Below, one piece after another: positions 21,118-29,900 of a stretch of 37,994 nt of DNA (positions are counted from its first letter, which is position 1; every line of letters begins with the position of its first letter). The position numbers and the translations under genes are program-made. Source of the DNA: Trichomonas gallinae (lineage: Eukaryota); NCBI GenBank assembly GCA_008369845.1, contig MRSU01004764.1, positions 1-37,994 of the forward strand, read 5' to 3'. The notes under the pieces were generated by a model. The model was given only the letters and a program-made list of their open reading frames with translations, was not told the origin of the DNA and made no database searches.

Positions 21118-22071
21118 TCATTTCACAATAATAACGAATACTAAAAATATCGATTTTTGAAGCAAGAACTCACAATCACTAATGGAGTTAATTCTAACAA
21201 ATTGTAAAGAAGATATTACAGTTATCTTTATCACACCATTCCCGGTATTTGAGCTTGTGGTCGTTGAGGCAGTTATGGAGTATTCAGCAGAGTTTTTTAC
21301 TCCTCCTATATAACCACTTCCACCACCTCCACTTCCACAGTGTCCACTACCATGATCAGCAGATGACGAACCACCTCCACCACCATAATAACCACTTCCA
21401 CCACCCCCACCACCATAAGCATTAAGCATTCCAGATCCATTTCCACCATTTAATAATTTTCCTTGCGATGCACCACGTGAAGTATATGCTGTACCCCCGG
21501 AATTTTGATTTGCACCATAACCTTTACATCCATTACTATCTTGATTACCATCTGAACCTTGGATATCACCTCCATTTCCTCCAGGATTACTAACACATCC
21601 ACCACCACCACCTCCAGCGACAATAATTCTTTTTGACACATCTTTTGATCCAATTCTTATGTCGCTACTTCCACCTCCTCCCCCACCAGATTTATCTTTT
21701 TGTGCACTATCATAGCCTCCATAACCACCTCCATTATATCCTCCTGGTGTGTTTTGGTTCTTATTTGCATAGTTTGACCCATCATGGCCTTTTCCTCCCA
21801 CAAAAAAATAGGTTGTAACTGGCTGTAAATTTTCATAATATCCTTCGCTGTAACCGCCATTTCCTCCAGGAGATAATGTATTTCCACTTTTTCCTCCGGC
21901 TGCACCAGTAACTTCAAACTTATATTTTCCTGGCAACAAAGTAGCCATATAGGGTTGGCATAGAAAATTAGATCCACAAGGATAATTTAATATAAAAGCT
22001 TGTTTTCCATTTTCTTTTTGAGAAGTAACATTTAATGACCCTAAGTTTGGATCTTCTAAGCTAAAAAACAT
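21118..22071 (-). CDS. Glycine-rich protein with ALK/LTK-like glycine-rich domain (trichomonad 'PE-PGRS/loricrin-like' family)
   Basis: PGKYKFEVTGAAGG...GGNGGYSEG...FFVGGKG...GGYNGGG...GGGGGGSSDIR...RIIVAGGGGG...GGGGGSGYYGGGG...GSGGGGSGYIGG...GNGVIKIT follows the Gly_rich (ALK/LTK-like) layout. The C-terminus is hydrophobic. Confidence 0.85.
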   Translation of the reverse strand: MFFSLEDPNLGSLNVTSQKENGKQAFILNYPCGSNFLCQPYMATLLPGKYKFEVTGAAGGKSGNTLSPGGNGGYSEGYYENLQPVTTYFFVGGKGHDGSNYANKNQNTPGGYNGGGYGGYDSAQKDKSGGGGGGSSDIRIGSKDVSKRIIVAGGGGGGCVSNPGGNGGDIQGSDGNQDSNGCKGYGANQNSGGTAYTSRGASQGKLLNGGNGSGMLNAYGGGGGGSGYYGGGGGSSSADHGSGHCGSGGGGSGYIGGVKNSAEYSITASTTTSSNTGNGVIKITVISSLQFVRINSISDCEFLLQKSIFLVFVIIVK

Positions 22072-22545
22072 AGTTTATCTACAATATAATTAGATTTTCA
22101 CAGATGAATAACGTGGTAATTGCGACATTAAAAATATAAGAAAAATATATATTTTACAGTTAGTTTTTATAAAATATTTCAAATTATTTCGAAATCGTCG
22201 TTTAAAGACATATGTGTATGTAAATTTTGGATATGTATGGAGAATTGAGTTGTAATCCGATGTATTTATTAATTGTTATGCTGTTTCAAAATATCGAAAA
22301 ATTTAATAATCGAGTAGCTGATACTGAGGATTTCAGTATAAGTAAACAATAGTTTTTTATTGATGTCTGTTAACTTCATGATCGGATAGCTACAATATTT
22401 TCGATGATTAAGAATTGAATATTGTATTTAAAACTATTCTACTTAAATGAAGTCGTATAACATGTATTTTTGCGATGGATTATCATAAGAAAACAACGAT
22501 TTAGCATTAATATATTAATATAATATATTGAAATGGATGCTAATT

Positions 22546-22762
22546 TTAAACATCCTGCTGAGATTCTGGGTTTGTAAATTCTTCTTTCATTTCAGGTTTT
22601 TGCTCTTCTTCTTCATTTGTTTGGATGAAGAATTTTTCTTTTGTAACATCATCTTCAACGATGACTTCTTCTACATCAATCTGAACTCCTTTGCTTTTAG
22701 AACACATTCTAAGCAATCCTACAAAGATAAGGAACATTGTAACTTGCAACTAATAATAACAT
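22546..22762 (-). pseudogene. Orphan transmembrane helix plus acidic cytoplasmic tail fragment (or a small membrane peptide)
   Basis: VTMFLIFVGLLR is followed by a basic stop-transfer segment (MCSKSK) and an acidic tail (EEVIVEDD..EEEEQ). Removing one A upstream would extend the hydrophobic stretch to MLLLVAVTMFLIFVGLL. Confidence 0.35.
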
Positions 22763-22923
22763 GTTGATGCATTACTTATTAAATATTTGATAACAAAATA
22801 ATATGTTTTAACTAATCATGATATCATTGATATGTGCCTTTCTGTTTGAGTTTCGGGATGATTTTTGATTGTGCGATATCAAATAGATATTAATTAATAC
22901 AGTATCAATATGTAGAATAAAAA

Positions 22924-25419
22924 TTACATTATTATGAATATTGCGAGCAGTAAAATGTTCTGATAATAAATATGAAAACATTTTTGTGTAACTAAACCTC
23001 TGCATCCCTTCAATGCAATACTATCAAGCTTGCATAATTTGATTAGATTTTCTCTGAATTCTTTGGATTTGTTTTCAATTTCTATTCCGCAGCTTATCAT
23101 TCGGCATCCTAGAAATGCATCTTCACCAATATATGTAACTGACAAAGGAATGTTAATCCATTTGAGATTGACACAATTTTCAAAAGCACTTCTTGATATT
23201 CGAGTAATGCTATTTGTCGGAATGATAAGTGATACAATGTTTTTGCAACTCATAAATGCGCCTTCATTTATTGTTCTTGTATCCGATGGAAAAGAGAAAT
23301 ATTTAACTGTTGATGCAGGAGGGAATAAAATCAATGATGTCCTGGTGCTGTCAAATAATGCTCCTGTTACAATCGCGAAGTTAGAACTTTCACATTCTAT
23401 GGTTGAAATCGAGATGCAATCACGAAAAGCTCCGAGTCCAAAAGAAGTAATAACAGAACCTACAGGAATATTTAGAGTAGATAGTTTCGAGCATGAGCGA
23501 AATGCATTGCTACCAATTGTTGTTAATGATAATGGAACCGTGAAATTGGTGATAGAAGTATAGCTAAAAGCTTCAACTTTAATAATTTTTAAGTTTTGCG
23601 GCAAAATAATTTTGGTTAGTTTTTCGATATTACTGAATGCAAAATTACTGATTTCATTTAGGGAAGTGCAAAGTGATAAATCAACTGTAGTTAAGGCAGT
23701 GTTCTGGAAAGCATTCTCATAAATTGTAACCAAAGTTGATGGAAAAACAACTGAATTTAATTTCGTGCAATTGCCAAAACAATTTGCATAAATGTTTGCT
23801 AAATTATAAGGTAGTGTAATTGAAACAAGACTTGTGCATCCATAAAAACAAGAAGATGTAAAATTCTCTAATGGTGAATCTTCAAAATTTGCTGATATAA
23901 GATTTTTGCATCCATAAAAACAATCTGATGAAATTGACTTGACAGCATTACTCGAAATTGTTTTCAAATTATGGCAATTGTAAAACGCTTGCCGACCTAT
24001 ATATGTCAATGACTGAGGAATGGAAACAAAATTCAAACTATAACAATTATAGAAACAATAGTTATTGATAACTTGAAGCTTTGAATCAAATGGGAAAGTT
24101 ATTGATTGCAAGTTTGATTTATCGTAAAAAGCATTTGGCTTGATATTTGTTATTGATGCAAGAATAGTGAAATCAATTGCTTCATTTGGTCCTATGTATT
24201 GGCTAACTGTTAAATTCTTTTTATCAATTATCAGTTTTTGTGAATCAAGATAAAAATTCGAATTTTCACCAAACTGAATATTCGTTGTTTCGCTAAATGC
24301 ATTTCCATCTAAAGTTTGCAATCCATCTGGCAAAATTACAGAAGTCAACTTAGTGCATTGATAGAAACAAAAAGATTCTATCTTAACTAAATTTGATGGA
24401 AGATTAATCGATGAAATTGCTGTTTTATAGAATGTATATGTCCTCAAATTTTCAATGTTCGGCAAAACAATCTTATTCAATGATGTGCAACTATAGAAAG
24501 CTCTCTTTTCAATGGAAGTAACAGTGCTTGGTATGTTGATTTCTAAAACCTTTGATTGGGCAAAGGCTGATTCTTCAATAGTTTCCAAATTCGAAGGAAA
24601 TTGGATATATTTAAATAATCCATTCGAGCATGAATTTTTTCCAATAATTTTTATATCATCAGGGATTACTAATGTATCTACAATCATTTTAGATGGACAG
24701 GAAACAACTTTCTTTGTTACTTTTTCTAAAAGAATTCCATTCTCAACGTAATAATTCTCATTGCTTTCATTCACATAAATCGTTTGTAAATTCGCAGTTT
24801 CGAAAGAGTCGCTAGAAATCGAAAATGTCGATGCAGGAATGATTATTGTCGGAATCTTTGAATAAGATATGCACCATCTACTGATTGTCTTCAATTTTGA
24901 ATCATTTGGAATATTTAATATTTCTAAATTAGTGCACCCTTTAAGACAGTACGATGGTAGTATTTCTAGTGATAAAGGAATGTCAAATGTAGTAATATTT
25001 GTTAATTCGAAACAATATTCTCCAATCGTTTTTAAAACATTTGGTAGAGTAATTTTTTTGCATTTAATGCATTTGCTAAATGCAAAATTTCCTATAGTAG
25101 TTAGATATGTGCATTGACTTAGATCGATTTCTTGTAATTCAGTGCAATTATAAAATGAATATTGCTGAATTGTTTCGAGAAGAGGATTTGATTCGAAAGA
25201 AAACGATACCAGTGTTGATATACATGGTAAAAATGCATATGATAATGCACTTGCTCCTCTAATATATTTGGCTGTTCGTAATATTGTGATTGAGGTAGTT
25301 TTACTTTCAGTTGATGATAAATATGACTTATCAGCTGAGTAAATACCTCCATCAGGCACTATTTTTTATTCAATAACATTGGAAAACAAGAAAAATAAAA
25401 AATGAATTTTACATGACAT
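22924..25419 (-). pseudogene. BspA-like LRR surface protein (~831 codons) with a single in-frame TAA at codon 18
   Basis: ATG 25419 reads MSCKIHFLFFLFSNVIE*KIVPDGGIYS and continues into 811 uninterrupted codons containing many TpLRR repeats (LTTIGNFAFSKC, VTSIEKRAFYSCTSL, LTTIGSNAFRSCSKL). The TAA is at 25368-25366. The C-terminal tail is hydrophobic. Confidence 0.85.
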
Positions 25420-25517
25420 TTTTATATTTACATGTCATCGACTAAATTTTTGATGTTTTGGTTTGAATTGAAAATAATCGTTCAAAATTTTTAATGCAAA
25501 AACATTTATAGGGCTGA

Positions 25518-26702
25518 ATAAACAACATCCTACTATTTCTTATAACATGGAAAGATGAAAATGGTATTACCTATGATTTCTCATCGAAGGAAGTCCTTCA
25601 AAATACTGTTTCAGGATTAACGCCTTTTACAGCCTCTGTTGAACAGATAGCTGATAGAAGTACAAATCTAGCAAGCTCATTCTATCCAAAAACAATTACT
25701 TCTGTAAACTTTGAAACAAATTGTATATTGAATTCCATTGATCCTTGGATTTTTGGTTATACTACTTTGATTTCAATTGATATGAAAATTTTTCCAAATC
25801 TTTTAACATTAAATGCTTCAATTATTTCGAATGGCGCAAAATTATCTTCATTTTATTTACCTCCTAATCTTATTACAATATCTAGTGACTGCTTTTATAA
25901 CACGCAGTCTCTAATATCAATTGATTTACCAGATCCAGTACAATTCATTGAAGATTACATACCAGGTCATAATCAAGTTTTTGGAACAAATCTTGAAACA
26001 ATTTCGATTTCATCTAACTCAAAGCTGAGAAAAATTGGTTAAAATGCATTCATGGACTCTAAACTGAATCCCAAAAACAATAACTAACATTTCTGCATCA
26101 GCATTTTCAGGAGCGCCAATAAATAATTTTGACATAGATTCTGAAAAATTTGATATTTAAAAGTGAAGGAAAAATTGTTTACAGTAGACCAGGAAACACG
26201 ACTTCATATTGTTTCATCATTAATAAATACAGAATTTATTGTTCCTTCATTTGGTCCTTCATTAGAGAAACGAATACACAAATTATTCAAATAACTGATA
26301 ATATTATCAACATCTTGAGCAATGCATTTCAGAACACAAAGATATCTACACTTAAATTTAATTATAACATAAAAGTAGTTTATTCCTCTTCATTTGCCGG
26401 TAATGCTATGATTGAATCTATATAATTATCTATATATCTTCAGGATACATAAAATTAAAATAATTTGTTTTACCATAAACTTTACAATCGGTTATTCAGC
26501 ATTTGAATCATGCTCTTCTCGTGAATATATATCTATTCCAGCAGCAGTAAATTCAATTGGATCTGCAGTATTTAAAGGCTGTTCGACTATTTACGATGTA
26601 AAACAAATCATTACTTTCCTTCCTTCAAGCAATGCAAATACTTTTGTAGTTCCTGTTAAAACACGATCAATATGCTTTCATGGTGCTACAAAACTCAATT
26701 GA
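25518..26702 (+). pseudogene. Decayed BspA-like LRR gene, head-to-head with the 25419 BspA
   Basis: The frame from 25518 reads INNILLFLITWKDENGITY...LPPNLITISSDCFYNTQSLISIDLP...LRKIG*NAF (stop 26040 inside the IGxxAF motif). Frameshifted pieces follow: IPKTITNISASAFSG, IINILSNAFQNT, TIGYSAFESC..ISIPAAVNSIGSAVFKGC. There is no ATG at the leader. Confidence 0.85.
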
Positions 26703-26943
26703 GAGTATTGGTCATCAATCGTTCAAAGGCTGCTATAATTTAAATTTGGAAGTTTCATAAGTATATTAATATTAGTGCATTGTATTATATAAAGTATCAT
26801 GCCAAAACAATGTATCCAGGCTTATAAACATCGAAAAAAATAATCATTTATTAAAAAAAAAAACGATGCTTCTTTACACTTGGAGGGCGAATAACACATT
26901 ATTAGCATTCCTGAGGAATGGTAGGTGTAAAATAGAAATGTTT

Positions 26944-29900
26944 TCAATCACATTCCTTCCACGCAGAATAAATGAAAATAAGAATAAAGAAACCAATCAT
27001 TGACATACTTATAATTGACCATATATCATATGAAGTGGCGTAGGATACCTCAGCACCAATTCCTTCTATCAGCCAAAATAGAAACCAAAATAACGATGGA
27101 TCTATATCATTATCATGATATTCGTGGAAAAATTGGATTTGAATTGTAAAGAATCCGAGAGAGAAATATACAAGTGGGAAACATAAAAAGATTCCCACAA
27201 ACGTCATGATTGATCCGATCATATGAAGTATCATAGATAGTATGAACATAGGAAATCGAACATCTTTGCAGCAATATGGGCAACACCCCAAAAAGATCGC
27301 AAACAATGCACAGCCAACAAACATTAAACCGGAATTCATTAAATTTAAAGGGAATTTAAATAAAATAGGTTGACCTAAATTGCCCGAAAAAACAAAATAC
27401 AAATGCATTCCTGCTCCGAATAAAAAATTATATTCTGTCTTATATTTCCACTTATGGTTATCACCCCATAAGTGACACATCTGAATCACCGGAATGATCA
27501 CTTCTAGTAAAAGATTTGGTTGAAAAGCCAACGTACCGATCATAATCCCAAATGAAATGAACATCATTAGTATTCCATAATGCACTAAAAGGTGTCCATT
27601 CAGTGACTGAATACAATGTGTTAGTAAAACCAATGATATGCCAGCAAAAATGCATTTCAAAGAAAAGCTAATAATATCTCGTACGAAAAATGTTACAAGG
27701 GAGCAAATAATCATGGCAATGTTAATAAATGTTATTATGCCTGGAATTGCATCTGGAGAGAATAAAAGTATACCATAGGACAGTAACCCTCCTCCTGCCA
27801 TTGCAAAATATTTTATATGATTAACAATTATAAAATTGTCGAAAAGAACTCTGTCGGTGGATAAAATACTTCCTATGAATACGCCACCAAGTGATAATAT
27901 AAATACACAATAGCGATCATATGATTTATCACTCCATTCATTTTGTATCCAATCATGCAAGCAATAATAGCCATAAGTAATGTAAGCAAGAATGGCAAGA
28001 CATGCAAATCCTAAATTAACATAAAAGAAAGTTAGTCCAATATATGAATACATCAAATATGCGAATCCGTTCAGTATCCAAAACGATCCCCAAGTCAGGA
28101 TGCAACAAGATTCAGAATCATTGCTATAAAAAATTGTCCAAGGCATAGAAAACGTGAATGCTCCAATAGCAAAAGCAGTAATGAAGAAACTAGATTGATT
28201 ACCAGCAACAAAAAAGGCAGCAAAGAAGAAAATTAATGGTAATATAGAAATAAACAATGAATATAGCTCAAACTCATTATATAAGAAATAATAGATGATT
28301 GTCGATGCGATCACAGGAATAATAAAAGTTAGCAGTAATAAAGGACTATGCCATCCCCTGTCATATGGTATCATCCAAAACGCTAAGGAACCGAGAAAAG
28401 CCTGAGGGATCTGTGATATAAAAACTGGAATAGAATCAATGAGAACGTCTTCCAAATCGTCAAAATCTAATTTGAAAAGATCCGATTCTGCAATCCAAAT
28501 CAGAATTATCTGAAGGGATGGGAAGATGAAACTAATATAAAACCAGAAACTGTTCAATAGCTTGGAGAGAACTATTCCCAATGCGAATGATATTATATAA
28601 GCAGGGAAATAGCACTCTGTAACTTTGATAAGCATCATTGGCAGAATGAAAGAAAGATATCCAACAACTAATCCTTGTAAGCATCGAAAAACAATGCGAA
28701 CTGTCCGATGTTCTACTGTTTGGACAATAATAATCTGAAAGACTATGAAAAGGATGTTTGCTACTGTGAGAAGGATTCTAGAGTCCGGGACCAATGTTAC
28801 TTCACAGCAAAGTCTCAAAAATCCGACGATCACCGCTGGAATTGCAGCCATGAAAAATGGAAGTAATTGCTCTAGGAATCGATCATGCTCATCTAATGGT
28901 GCAGCTGTCATGAATCCACTAACTGTGAGTGCACCAATGCAAAGAACTATTTCAATAAAATGAATTCCTACGCAATTTCTGTCATCGACATTATGATCAA
29001 GCAGAACATAATAATAAAGTCCGAGCGATGTAAGAATAACTGATGCTGAGATGAATGATAAACCAACGATGGACCAATAATGCACGCTGGCTTTCATGTA
29101 CAGAACTGTCGCGAATCCATTGAAAAGCCAGAAAGACAGAAAATACATGACGTTTGATTTTAATGATGCTTCATGAGTGCATGGAATCATTGAGAACAAG
29201 CCGATGCCAAATCCAATTACGTAAAAACTTGCTGGAAATTGTTTCAGGTATGCTGAAACATGCCCACTTAATGTTATGATAACTCCCACCCCAATCATTG
29301 CTGAGAACGAGTAGTAATTGAAGGAATATAAAAATGGGATTCCAACAAACCCAATGATCAAAGCTCCTGATATGTATGTCACTGCATATAGTTTAAGATC
29401 GTGACTATATGTCAGGTATATCAAGAATGCCACATTTCCGAAGAATGCTTGTATGAAAGCAATGACTGGTGTGATGGCATATTCTGGCGATATTTCTAAG
29501 CTTTCAATTATATATTTATCACATTTTGGTTTGTTTAAATACCATGTGAAAAACACTTGAAGAGCAGGGATGATTGAGATGTACTTCAAATGATATGTAC
29601 TGAACATCATGTGAGAAAACATTCCGAAGGATACGCAGAAGATAAATATTGCATAGAATAGCTTTTTGAATTCATCAAGATTGCGTATAAATGCAGGAAT
29701 CAGAATCGAAAGGATTCCAAGTAAAGTTCCCTGAAAAGATCTGAAAACAATGATAGTTGGATGATTGCCAACTGTTGACATTATAGCATCAAATATGATG
29801 AACAAAACATTAATAACTGTCAGCCAAATTCTTAAATCAGTAGATTTGAAGATATACAGCGCGAATAGGAAAGAAATAGCTCCTAAGAAAGCAGTAAAGA

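Noticed and set aside
25366..26042. In-frame TAA codons as evidence of a reassigned genetic code (TAA=Gln)
   Set aside because: Many intact genes in the window end in TAA, long ORFs have no internal TAA/TAG, and the 25518 locus also has frameshifts.
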